Positions 1-12,778 of a DNA stretch of 64,000 nt are shown piece after piece. The translations under genes and the position numbers were made by a program. A model generated the notes under the pieces. It ran no database searches. It was given only the letters and a program-made list of their open reading frames with translations, and was not told the origin of the DNA. Numbering within the stretch: position 1 is the stretch's first letter; each line of letters starts with the position of its first letter. Source of the stretch: the human T2T-CHM13v2.0 reference genome, Homo sapiens; NCBI RefSeq assembly GCF_009914755.1, contig NC_060932.1, one strand, 5' to 3'.

Positions 1-612
1 GGTGTAATGCTACTACTGGTGGCTGGTTGGACTTCAAAGCCAGTGGGTCTTTTATCCAGTGAGTTACCATAGAAGTGGGGCCTGCAACTGTAGCTGCTCA
101 GCCTACTAGATTCAGTCCCTTTCCTAGGGGTATGTACAGGGATCTAACCTCCCACTTTGCTAGAGCTGCAGGTGCTTTTGCCAGGAAGTCTGATATCTAA
201 AGTTCCCAGGGCTCTAGGTATACCTGGGCAGCTGCCCTGCTGAAACTCCATGTAGCTGTGCATGTCAGACGACAAGCCCTGGTGTGGTGGGTTTACGAGG
301 GGATCTCCTGACCCAAGGATTGCAAAGATCCATGGGAGAAACATGGGTCCCCAAGGTTGTTCACTCATTCACCCACCACTTCCCTGGGTTGGGGAGGCTC
401 CCCTGGCTCCATGTCATTCCCAGGTGGACAGTCATCCTGCCTTGCTTTTCTCTGTTCTCCGTGGGTTGAGTTGTTTTCTTGATGAATCCCAATGCATGTA
501 CCTGAATACTTCAAGTTGCTTCAAGTTGAAGGTGCTTTATTTACTCACCTCTTCTATTTCTCTCCGTGAGAGTGGTGCACACTAGCTGCTTCTAGTCAGC
601 TATCTCAGCCAG
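1..612 (-). mobile_element. 5' end (5'UTR) of an older primate LINE-1 (L1PA13-L1PB-type), continuing left out of the window
   Basis: Reverse complement of 540-612 reads gatagctgactagaagcagctagtgtgcaccactctcacggagag, which resembles an old L1P 5'UTR start. Subfamily uncertain. Confidence 0.65.
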
Positions 613-3462
613 CCCCTTTTTCATCAGTTCCTTCTACTTTTTAAATTTTGTTCTCTGTATATTCTCTGTGCCTGGTACATAGCTGGTACGCAATAATTAT
701 TCATCAAATAAATGAACTCACAGCTTCCAACTCATATGAATCACTGGCATTTAGTTATCTCAGATTAACTATCTCCCTAAAGGCTAGCATTACTAGAGGT
801 TTCCAATTTGCAGGCTCAATTAACACCTGATGAAACATTGTTCCTTGACCTCCTGCTTTTGCACTTAGACAGGGCCATTCCAGTGTCATTGATGAAGGAA
901 CAAATGTTTTCCAGGGACTCTGAAATCAAAAGACCTTGGTTGCACCCTCACTCTACCTAGAGGTGCAAGTGCAGACAGCACTGCTTTCTGTGAGCATAAC
1001 CTTCTGAGCTGCAATTAAGCCTCTTTTCTCCCTCTTTCATGTCTCACTTTTTGTCTTCATCTGGGAGATAGGGAACAAAACTGTCACTATTGATCTTACC
1101 CCTTCTCCTTCTTTCTATCAAGTCTCAGCAGATTTTCTCCCTTATTTGCTGATTGTCTTTCTTAGCTTGGTCTGGGTTTGGTCTGGCTGTGCCCAGAAAG
1201 GCACTGCTCACTCCCCTCTGTACTAGGAAGAGTACTTAGATCACCTGGGGGTCCAAGGTTGCTTGCAGTCTTCTGTGCCAGCTCAAAGCACAAGACCACC
1301 CCACTGCCTTCTACTGTCATACCATACAATTACACATGCCTGACTCTAGAATACTAACATTTAGCCAGGAATTTAACTTCCCCTACTCTAATATAATAGA
1401 TATGCCCTCACCTTAACACTGTCCAGTTAACATTGATATAACTTGTAAAATATTAGCTGACATTCTTCAGCATTTTCTATCTTTTAAAATTACCTATTTA
1501 TCAGTCAAGATAATAAAGTGGTTTGAAAAAGGAAAAAAAATATCTGTGTGTTGCATGAAAACACACATGAGGCAGACTCACTCTTTATCTGACAGACCTT
1601 GACTGGGCCCACTAACCAGCTGATATTGGTACAGACATAATTGGCATCATAATCTCCTCATGGGCTGCTCCTAATGGGCTGCTCCTAATGGGCAGCTCAT
1701 GTCTGCAGCAGAAGCCACTGGATACTAGAATCCCAAGGCAGTTCCCACATATGCAGCACACCACCTCCAGTCAGCCTGGGTTTTACCTCACCCACCAGCC
1801 CAGACAGCACCTGCCAATCAAAACACTCAGATAATTTGCCCTTCTACTATGGAATAAAGAATGTTCATGGCTGTTTTAAAGGACTTGCCGCACTTCTCTT
1901 CCCTTGAACTTCATCACTCAGAGCCTAGACTTTGTGCTGGAAGAGGTTTCTTACTTTGCAGTAAAGCTTTTCCACGCTATGCTCAATCTCTGGTGCCTTA
2001 GTGTTTCTTTTCAATTTACTGTATCTCCTTTAGCTCCAGTACTGAAAGATCATCTTCTTTCCTAAACAAAATAATGTCTAGAACAAAGAAGTTAATCACT
2101 TAGTACTATGTTGATGCTATAGTTGAATTACTTTAATACAATTTCAATTAAATGTACTTGGAAAACATGGATATTCTCAGTCCAAATTTCCAAATGCTTC
2201 CTGATCAAGTCACATATGCACACTTGTTTCAAGCATAAGTTTGAAACAAAATGCTTACTCTTTTACCAGTGAACAGTTCTTGTCACATTTAAGTAAATTC
2301 TGAAACCACTAAAACTAATTTTATTCCATTGGTACTGAGCCTATTTTTCCAAATCATATAGGCTAAGATTAGAGTTCACGGAGAGAGATTTAGCAAATAT
2401 CTTAAAACAGAGTTGCTACTGTATAGAAACTTTACATTGGAACCAGTCTTCTCCTCTTTGGCCTTTTTTTCAAGGAAGGTAAGAAGAACCTATACTAACT
2501 TGGCATTAATTTATTTCTCTTTGTTTTACAGCTCCTCTTGTTTCTTAGCCAATTGTAGAGGTAGGGTTAGGAATGAGAAGTAATACATTTAAGAGCTCTG
2601 TCCTCTGTCCTCCACTCGCTTTAAACCTTGATAATTTCTGCCTATATTCTTGTGACTACCAGTTTTTAATAGTGCATAGAGGAGGTCTTCCAGGCCCACC
2701 TCATTCTTTTGAATTTTCAATAGATTTTCGGTATTCTCAGTCATTCCTGTCACCTTGGCTATGTCATTAGGAGAAAACAGAAAACCAACTTGAGCCACCT
2801 TGCCCTTGGTTGTGTCCTCTTTAGTACCCCTTTGAGCTCAACCAATCAGAGGTATGGAAACAGGAGACAAATTCCACTAATTTGATTCTCTCAGAGTAGC
2901 CTTTCAAATACTCTTCAGACTCATGCCTCAGTTATTGGATAACCATCCAGCCATCTTCAGTTCACCAGTCCCACATTTGGTGTCTCAACACCCTTTCTAA
3001 ACTCTAACTGTGGCTGCAGTGGTAACTTCATGCCAATTGCATTTCTACTGCCAATATCAGGGTTACTGGTTTTACTTCTGACACCTGTAGCATTTCAGAT
3101 GGCTTGCAGATAGTGAGGAAGACCTCACATGCTCTAAATATCCACATACTTACTGGTTACATCAAGTTCCTGTTTCAATGAGCAAAGCCTACCAAACCTT
3201 CTCAGAAGCATAAGATCACACAGGGCATACACAGAAACAACGCATTTCAATGTAATTTCTCTTAGCCTCAAGATTCCCTATCAGAAGCATAAAACTACTA
3301 CAACATTGTCCAGGTAGTGTAGGGTATCACCTAATGTGAAAAGCTCAGTGATTGAGAGGCCTCCTGGTGCTTGCATAAGCATTCCAAAAGAGCTAACACT
3401 AAAATCACTGTGTTTCCCTTTTGAGGGAATATTTATATAATTATATGTATGCATACACGCAC

Positions 3463-3561
3463 GCACACACACACACACACACACACGCACACACACAGGC
3501 ATGCACATATATAAGAGCTCCATATATACATGTATGTGTGTGTATATATATATATATATAT
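3463..3561. repeat. Compound (CA)n/(TA)n microsatellite
   Basis: Visible acacac and tatata runs. Confidence 0.9.
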
Positions 3562-3913
3562 GGTTTTCCTGATCTTGAGTTAAACTTAGCATCAAAAAAG
3601 CTATATAATCATTTGAAAACTAAATTAATATTAGTAATTATCACCTAATAATATCTTTTCTCCCATCTTTCCACTTTTCAAAAAGCCCATTTTCTGTACT
3701 ATTTCTCACAATTCCCCAGCTCTCCATGACTAAATGTCCTTTAGTCCTCCATGTCCTTCCCATATTTCCCCCATCATACCATATAACCTGCTACATTATA
3801 ATTTCCTTTATTTATTACCTCTACTAGACTGTGAGCTGTCTATGAACAGGGACTATATCTCCTTGCTGCTATACTTCCTAGTGCCTAGCCACAGTCCTGG
3901 CACAAAGTAAGGG

Positions 3914-4171
3914 TATATTAGACTGCTCAGGCTGCTATAACAAAATGCCATAGTTTTGGGTTGCTTAAACAACAGAAATTTATTTCTCACAGTTATGGAG
4001 GATTGAAAAGCCAGGATCAAAGTTTCAGCCAATTCAGTTTCTGGCCCTAAATGAGGGCCTCATTTAACTTTTATCACCTCCTCATAGGCCCTATCTCTAC
4101 ATACTGTCACATTGGGGGTCAGAGATTCAGCAAATAAATGTTGGGAGGACATAAACATTCAGCTGATAGCA
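3914..4171 (-). mobile_element. MLT1A/B-type MaLR solo LTR, internally deleted
   Basis: caggctgctataacaaaatgcca...aacaacagaaatttatttctcacagtt...ggacataaacattcag are typical MLT1 motifs. Confidence 0.7.
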
Positions 4172-4441
4172 AAAGATTTAATTCGCTGAATGAAAGAATG
4201 GAAAATTATATAAACAATAGTAAATGTATCTTGAATGTGATTCAAAATTTCAGAATTCTTCGAAGATATTCATTTGTTAAACATCTTTATCCAAAAGGCC
4301 CCAGGAAGGCTCATTCTTTTATTAATGGAAAAGAAAGATATCTAACCAATTCAGTAATAGGCATAGTTCAATTTTATATATAACAAAATAGCATCTTAAG
4401 TACCTCTAAGGTCTCATAATTACATTGCATAACTTAGTAAT

Positions 4442-5575
4442 TGTGCTACACAACCCTCAAAATGGCTCCCAATGATCCCCCCCCACTTATTGGTATTTAC
4501 TCCTTTATATAATCCCCTCCCCTTGAGTATGGACTGAACCTAGATACTTGCTTCTAGTGAACTAAATGTATCAAAAGTTGTTGTATATTACTGATATAAC
4601 AAATTGCTGATATATTTACTGATACTGATATATATAACAAATTACTGATATCCTATTGCTGATGTAACAAATTACCACGGTGTCTTAAAGCAATACCAAT
4701 TTGTTATCTTACAATTCTGGAGGTCAGAAGTCCAAAATAGTTCTCACTAGGCTAAAGTCAAGGCGTTGGTGAAGCTGCATTCCTTTCTGGGGCTCTCAGA
4801 GACAGTCTGTGTCCTTGCCTCTTCCAGCTTCTGGAGGCTGCCTCCATTACTTGATTCATGGCCTCCTTCCATCTTCAAAGCTAGCAATTTTGCCAGTCAA
4901 GTCTTATATCTAATCAATCTGACACTGACTCTTCTGCTTCCCTCTTTTGCATTTAAAGGACCCTTGTGATTACATTGTGCTGACCCAGATAAACCAGCAT
5001 AATCTCTTTATTTTAAAGTCAGCTGATAAGCAACCTTAATTCCATCTGCAAACTTTAATCCCCCTTGCCATGTAACATAACATATTTACAGGTCCTCAGG
5101 ATCAGAATGTGGACATCTTGAGTGGGGGAGGGGAGGGGAGTAGAATTGTTCTGCCTACTGCAGATGGAATGTCACTTGTGTGATTATGTGGCAAAAGACT
5201 ATGACTTCCATCTTGTTTGTATTCTCTCCTGCTGAACTCTCTCTTGTCCTCTTCCTTGCTTACTCTGATGAAGCATGATTCTATATTGTAAGATACTCTA
5301 TGGAGAGACCCATAGAGCAAGGAACCAAGCAAGTCTCTGGCCAACAGCTCATAAGGAGTTGAAGCCTTAGTCCAACAATACACAAGGGACTGAATCCCAC
5401 TGACAACCACACAAGTGAGCTAGGAAGCAGATCCTTCCCTGTTGAACCTTGAGATTTGTGCTGCCTTATGAGAAACCAAACCCAGACGACCATAGCTAAA
5501 CCACACTTAGACTCCCAACTTGCAGAAATTCCGAGCTAATAAGTGTTATTGTTTTAAGCCACTAGGTTTTGTAAT
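4442..5575 (+). mobile_element. MLT1F-type MaLR LTR split by a nested MLT1C-type LTR
   Basis: aaaatggctcccaatgatccccc...cccttgagtatggactg at 4460-4560 resumes as gatggaatgtcactt at 5163 and ends near gttttaagccactaggttttgtaatttg. Confidence 0.7.
4583..5162 (-). mobile_element. MLT1C/D-type MaLR LTR nested in the MLT1F
   Basis: gtaacaaattaccac...ttctggaggtcagaagtccaaaat...ccttccatcttcaaagc...ttctgcctactgca. Confidence 0.7.
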
Positions 5576-6540
5576 TTGATAAAAAAATTAACCAAAGATT
5601 CAAGAAGTTCAATTAACCTCAAGCAAGATAAATACAAAGAAAACAAGTGCTAATCAAACTACTTAAAAACAAAGATAAAAAGAAAAATAACATATCACAT
5701 ATGAGGTGACAGCAATGATAATAATGTCTAACTTAACAAAATCAATGGAGGCCAGCAGCAATGGAAGAATATCTTTAAAATGCTCAAATAAAGCAATGCT
5801 CAATTTAGAATTCTATGTCCAGTGAAAATTCTTCAAACATTATGATAAAACAAAGACATTTTCAGATAAACAAAAGCCAGGAAAATGTTTTAGCAGTAGA
5901 CCTGCATTATAGGAAGCTCTAGAAAAGCAACCAAACAAACAAAATTTTTTTAATCTTCAGGTTCAAGAAAAATGATACCAGATGGAAACTTGAATATATA
6001 TGAATGCATAAGATGTACTGCATATGTGGGTAAACATAAAGACCTACTTTTTTTCTTTATAAAATTTTCTTAAAGGATAACATACTGTATAAAACAAAAT
6101 AATAACATAATGACATGGGGACTTAAAACATATGAAAAGCAAAATATCTAGCAACAACAGCACAAAAGATAGAGGCGGCACAAGTGGGTTTATAATGTTA
6201 AAGGTTCTCACATTTTATATGAAGTGACTGACTACTAATTCTAAGTAAACTGTGGTAAGTGAAGTATGCATACTGTGATTCCTAGAGCAGATGCCAATCA
6301 ATCAATCAATAAATTAGCTAAAAATAGTATAGCCATTATGGAAACAGCATGGAGGTTCCTCAAAAAATTAAAAATAAAACTACCATATGATCCGGAAATC
6401 TTGCTTCTGGGTGTATATCCAAAGTGAATGAAATCAATATGTTGAAGAGATAACTGCACTCCCATATTCATCATAGCATTATTCACAATAGCCAAGATAT
6501 GGAATCAATTTTCTCTGACAGATGAATGAATAAAGAAAAC

Positions 6541-6545
<5 letters not shown>

Positions 6546-6600
<55 letters not shown>
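6546..6600. repeat. (TA)n(CA)n microsatellite
   Basis: Direct read. Confidence 0.95.
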
Positions 6601-7020
6601 ATGGAATATTATTCACCCTTAGAAAAGAAGGAAATCCTGCCATTTGCCGCAACATAGATAAACCTGGAGGACATTATGATGAGTGAAAGAAGACAGCCAC
6701 AGAAAGACAAATATTGCATGATCTTACTTATATACATAGAATCCTAAAAAGTTGAACTCATAGAAGCAGAAAATAGAATGGTGGTTCCCAGGGTCGAAGA
6801 CAGGGAGGGGCTCAGAATAGGGAGATATTGGTTAAAGGATATGAAGTCTCAATTAGATAGGATGAATTAGTTCTGGAGATATATTGTATAGCACAGTGGC
6901 TATATTTAGTAATAATGTATTGGATTCTTGAACATTGCTAAGAGATTAGTTCTTAAATGTTCTCACCACAAAAAAGTAAGGTGATGTGAGGTGATAGATA
7001 TGTTAATTAACTTGATATAA

Positions 7021-7413
<393 letters not shown>

Positions 7414-9287
7414 GAAAAATTTTTAATAAATAAATAATAAAAATAAATTAAATCAAAAATAAAGAAATTATCTAAAATGCCAATATACAATGTAAAAATA
7501 AAACTGAATGCTAAAAAACACGTGATGACCCAAGAAAAGAGAGGAAAGAAGAAACGGAGGAACCAGAAAAAGATGGGACAAATAGAGAAAACACATAGCA
7601 AGATAACAGACATGAACTATATCAATAAGTACATTCAGTGTAAATGGATTAAACTCTCCAATTAGGAGGAAAAGACTCAGAGTAGCTAAACAACAATACC
7701 TAACTATATATCATACACAAGGAACATACTTTGGTATAAAGTAAACAAATAGGCAGAGAGTTCTAAAACACAGAAAGTGACAATGCAAGCAACAAGCTGA
7801 TGTGGCTAGATTAATGTCATAGTGGACTTTGAAACAGTAAGTGTATTCACAAACAAGTAGGGGTATTTCATAATTTTTAAAAAGGGTCAATTCTTCAAAG
7901 GACATTACAATCCTAAATGTATAGCAAATATTTACAACACTAAAATATATAGAGCAAATATTTACAAAACTAAAAGGAAAAAGACAAATGCACAACCACG
8001 ATTAAATATTTTATCATTACTCTCTCAGTAATTGTTAGAATAACTAAACGAATAATAAGTTTACAGAAGATCTGAACACTACTATCAATCAATTTGACCT
8101 AATACTCAGCAATGTTCAGAATTCACATTCTTCCCAAATGCACATGGAATATTCATTGAATAGAATATATGCTGAGCCCTAAAATAAGTCTCAATAAATT
8201 TCAAAAAGTTGAAATACTACAGAGTATGTTCTTGAAATAAACAAAATTAAATTTTAAAATTGTAACAATAGGAATCTAAAAATTCTTCCCCAAAAATGGA
8301 AATCAAACAATGTACTTCAAAACAACCCAGGATCCAAAGAAAAATGACAAGAGGAATTAGAAAATATTTTCAATTGAATAATAATGAAAACACAACATAT
8401 CAAAATTTGTAGGATACAACAAAAGCAATGTTTAGAGGGAATTTATTATTTTAAATGTGTTTATTAAGACAAAACCGTCATTAAAAAAATATGATAAAAG
8501 TTAATTAAATTGAAAGATATAATAGTTCATGATTGGAAGAGTGAATATTATTAAAATATAATTCCTCCCTAAGCTGTTCTATAGATTCAACACAGTCCAA
8601 ATAAAATCTGAGCAGGCTTTTTTTTTAATTAGAGAGCTGATTTTAAAAACTATATGGAAATGAAAATTACCAAGAGTAGCCAGAATAATTTTGAAAAACA
8701 AGAACGGTTTTAAAAAACTGAAACTACCTGATTTCAATGCTTACTATAAATTTATAGTAATCAAGACAATGTGGTATTGGTGTAAATATAGGTAAATTGA
8801 TAACAAAACAATACAGTGTCTACCAGTAGATTCACACATACATGACCAATTGATTTTTATAGACATCAATGTAATTCAATGGAAAAATGATCAGGTGTTC
8901 TTTTGTAACAAATGGTGTTAGAACCATGCATGTGAGAAATTTTTTTTAATTCATCTCAATTCTTATCTCACATGATCATACAAATTAATCCAAAATGAAT
9001 CATAGGCCTAAACATACAAATAAAACTCTAAAACTTATTTAAAAAAAAAAAGAAAGAATATCTTTTTGACCTGGGGTAAGCAAAGATTTCTTAGAAGAAA
9101 AAAAAACAGTTAATTAGACTTCATCAAAAATTGAAAATACCAAGTGTTGAAAAGATGTAGGTAGAATAGTTGGGATTTTCTACATTTTAGTAGGAATGTC
9201 AAAAGGGTACAACCATTTTATAAAACAGTTTGGCAATTTGTTATGACATTAAACATACACCTACCGTATGTCCCAGCAAATCATTTA

Positions 9288-9452
9288 TAATAAGTGCTCA
9301 CTTAATATCAATGATAGATTCTTGGAAACTGTGACTTTAAGCAAAACGATGTATAGCAAGTCAACATCATTTACTTATAACATTAATGAGAAAATAATTT
9401 AGTTTTGTCATAGGTTGAACCTATCGACAATGTTAAGTAAGAATTTATTGTA
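9288..9452. mobile_element. MER6B-like TcMar-Tigger MITE
   Basis: Imperfect terminal inverted repeats (ataagtgctcacttaatatcaatgatag ... ctatcgacaatgttaagtaagaatttat) and internal ttcttggaaactgtgactttaagcaaaacg. Confidence 0.6.
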
Positions 9453-10864
9453 CTAGGTATTTATCCAAGAAAAATAAAAATATATATCCACAGAATTACT
9501 TAGATAAAAAATACTCATAGTATATTGACATAAAAGCCAAATTTGGAAACCCAAATGTCCATCAACAGGTGAATAAAGGAACATATTTCAGTGTCTTTAT
9601 ACAAAGGAATACTACTCAGCAATAAAAAGTGAATCTGGTAATACACTCAGACAATGTGGATGCATTTCACAGACCCAATATGGAGAGAAAGAAAATGACA
9701 CAGACGAGTGCATCTTGTATAATTCTGTGTGATGGTAGAAATCAGAAGAGTGTTTACCTAAGAATGGTACTAAGAGGGCAATGACTGCAAAGAGCAGCAG
9801 GGGACTCTTGCTATGTTGGAAATGTCCTAAGTGTTGATTAGGGTTGTAGCTACAAATGTGTATTCATTTGTTCAATCTCATCAAACTGTAACTTAAAATT
9901 TATATTTTATTATATATAAATTCCATCTTAATAAAGTTGGTTTTTAAACGAATGAGACTATTGGCTTACTTAATTAGTGCTATTAGTGAAACTGTTAATA
10001 ATATAACAAAATGATAGACTGAGAAGGAAACATACTCAGGCATTCCTTTAACAACACCTAGGTGTACCCCACAAACCAGACCAGCAACATTATCAGATTC
10101 GTGAGATTATCAGATTGTTCTTGTTTTTTTGTTTTTTGGTTTTTTTTAAGATGGTGGGTTAGAGGCTTTTAGCATGCTTTAGCCACTTGGAAATAGCAAG
10201 ACAGTGCATAAAGATTAACTCTCTGAGCTTTAATTCAATAGGGAAAACAGGAATCCACCAGAATCATGAACGAAACCCCAGATCCTGGTGAGGAAAACGC
10301 AGGCAAGCAGCTCCTGTGATGGCATCCAGCTGATAAAAGTGAGGTAGTCCCTAGTATGCAAGAGAGGCAGAGAGCCTTTCTCTGTGATTCACCTTTCTAC
10401 TGGGGATCCAAATAACCCAGGCTAAAGGAGAGCCCTTTGTTTATCTCAATCCCTGGAGCTAACTTGGGGAGAGGCTTGGAGGCACTGAGAGGGAAAGACA
10501 CCAGGAAAACCTGCAGGAATTTTCTGACACCCGGGACCAAGAGCAGGACACCATTTTTATTCCAGGTGCATACAAAGTCGGCCATTCTTTGGCAACCCAG
10601 CAGCGTGCCTGGGTAGGCTTTTTTTTTGTCTCAGGCCACAGGTTAGAGAGGTTGCTCTGGAGTGAGGTAGGGGCCTCCACAGCCAGAAAGGTGGAAAGCA
10701 CTTCACTAGTAGGCACTGGAATTGTGCTATCCCTATTGCAGGCCTGGGGCCGGGGGAGAGCTACTACAGCTGCAGTTTCTCCTGGGTGGTGAGACTTGCA
10801 GCCAGGGCCAGCTTGGTGACCTGTAACTGGTCTAAATGTGCCATTGCTGGATTCCCCAGCCTGC

Positions 10865-11470
10865 TCCCCTAATATTGTGGTGCAGCAGACCCTCTCTACT
10901 TCACCCCCAGTCAGAATTCCAGACATTCAAAACACCTGCTCACCTAGATTGGTAGCCTGAGCTGCCCTGTCCTTCCTATGCAAAGATTCTGGAGCAGCAG
11001 GGCCTTCTCTGCTTCACAGCCAGGCAGATCTTCAGGCATTCAGAGCTCCTACTTGACTGGAACAGCAGCCTGAGCCACCCCACCCTTCCTGTGCAGAGAT
11101 TCTGGCAAAGTTGGACTCTCTTTACTCCATGCACAGGAAGATAGCCAAGCATTCAAAGAAACTACTCACCTGAATCAGCAGCCCGAGCCAGCCCACCCTT
11201 CCCATGCAGGAATTTTGGTGAAGTGGGACCCCCTCCACCTCTTGCCCAAGCAGATCTCCAGGCAGTCAGAGCACCCATTCCTCTGGATTACCAATCACAG
11301 CTGCTCCACCATTCCTGTGCAGAGATTGTGGTGCAGTGGGGCCCTCTACACTCCATGCCCAGGCTGATCTACAGGCACCTAGAGCACCCACTCTCCTGAA
11401 TTAGGAGTTTAGGCTACCGCCCCTACCCATGCAGAGAACTTGGGGCCAAGGAGGTTTCCCAACTCCATGC
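10865..11470 (+). repeat. Diverged 113-bp tandem array (~5.3 copies) in the L1 5'UTR
   Basis: Anchor cagacattc/caggcattc/caagcattc/caggcagtc/caggcacct at 10920, 11033, 11146, 11259, 11372, spaced exactly 113 bp apart. Confidence 0.85.
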
Positions 11471-12612
11471 AGTATGAGATTATGTTAAGCAACTAAACAC
11501 ATCTGGGCACTTGGTGACCACCCACTGGATTGTCCCTCAGCACTGGTGCTTGTGCCGACCATCGGGAACTATAGGTGGGCTTGCCTGGTCTGGCCATACC
11601 CATCTTGCCGCCCACCTCCACTGAGCTTAGCAGGGAGATCAGACTACCATGCACTCTACAGATCAGTGCACTGTCTGAGGCAACAGAGAGCTTCTCCCAG
11701 TAAACAAGGGTCAAATATACACTTAGCTACATTGGCCACAGATGAATCTTACCCATACACGCCATCTACTGGCTTGGAGGTTGAACCACAGAACCCAATT
11801 GTTTTTTAAAACCTTCTAAAAGAAGTATATAGGGCTATAGAAGCAAAGCCTGAAGACCCTATCCAACATTCTCTACAGTCGCACCCCTTAGAGAGTGAGG
11901 AAAGAAAAGGGGAAAGAAAAAAAACAGTAATACCACAAGGAAAGAAAAAAGGAAAAAATCCTACCCACACAAAAATAATTACAAAAAAACTACAAGTGTC
12001 AACATCAGATGAGAAGAAAACAGTGCAAAAATGCTGGCACCATGAAAAATCTGAATGTAGTGACACCACCAAGGGATTACATTAGCTCTGCAGCAATAGT
12101 CCCTAACCAAAATGGAAATTCAGAAATGACAGATAAAGAATTTAAAGCATAGACTGCAAGGAAGCTCAATGAGATCCAAGACAAGGTTAAAAATCAACAA
12201 AAATATACTTCTAAAGTAATTTAGGAAATGAAGGAAGAGATAAACATCTTAAAAAGAAATCAATCAGACCCGGAATTTAAAAGCTCACTTAAAGAATTTC
12301 AAAACACAATTGAAAGCTTTATCAATAAACTGGACTAAGCAGAAGAAAAACATTTCAGAGCTTGAAGACCATTCTTTTAAATAAACCCAGTCAGACAAAA
12401 AAAAAAGAAAAATTAATTTTAAAAAATAAACAAAGTATTTGTTAAGTATGAGATTATGTAAAGCAACAAAACCAATGAGTTGTTGGCATTTCTGAGACAG
12501 CAGAAGAAAAAGGCAACAACCTGGAAGACATACTTGAGGGAATAATTTTTTTTAAAAAATCCTTAATCTTGCAAGGAAGGTAGACATCTATATATAAGAA
12601 ATCCAGAGAACA

Positions 12613-12778
12613 GGGAGGGGGGAGGGACAGCATTAGGAGAAATACCTAATGTAAATGAAGAGTTAATGGGTGCAGCACACCAACATGGCACATGTTTACA
12701 TATGTAACAAACCTGCACATTGTGCACATGTACCCTAGAACTTAAAGTATAATAAAAATAAATAAATAAAATAAAATA
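12613..12778 (+). mobile_element. 5'-truncated L1PA5-like 3' end inserted in ORF1 of the older L1
   Basis: ggagaaatacctaatgtaaatga..agttaatgggtgcagcacaccaacatgg...cctagaacttaaagtataat plus A-tail. TSD aagaaat(c/a)cagagaaca at 12596-12612 and 12779-12795. Confidence 0.9.

Noticed and set aside
10112-10121. agattg(t/c)tct as the TSD of the L1PA16-type element (second copy ~17942)
   Set aside because: Short, mismatched and separated from the L1 start by a T-rich tract, so it cannot be distinguished from chance.
10865-11470. Regularly spaced repeats as a CRISPR-like array
   Set aside because: The whole 113-bp unit is repeated with no unique spacers, and it lies in an L1 5'UTR in human DNA.
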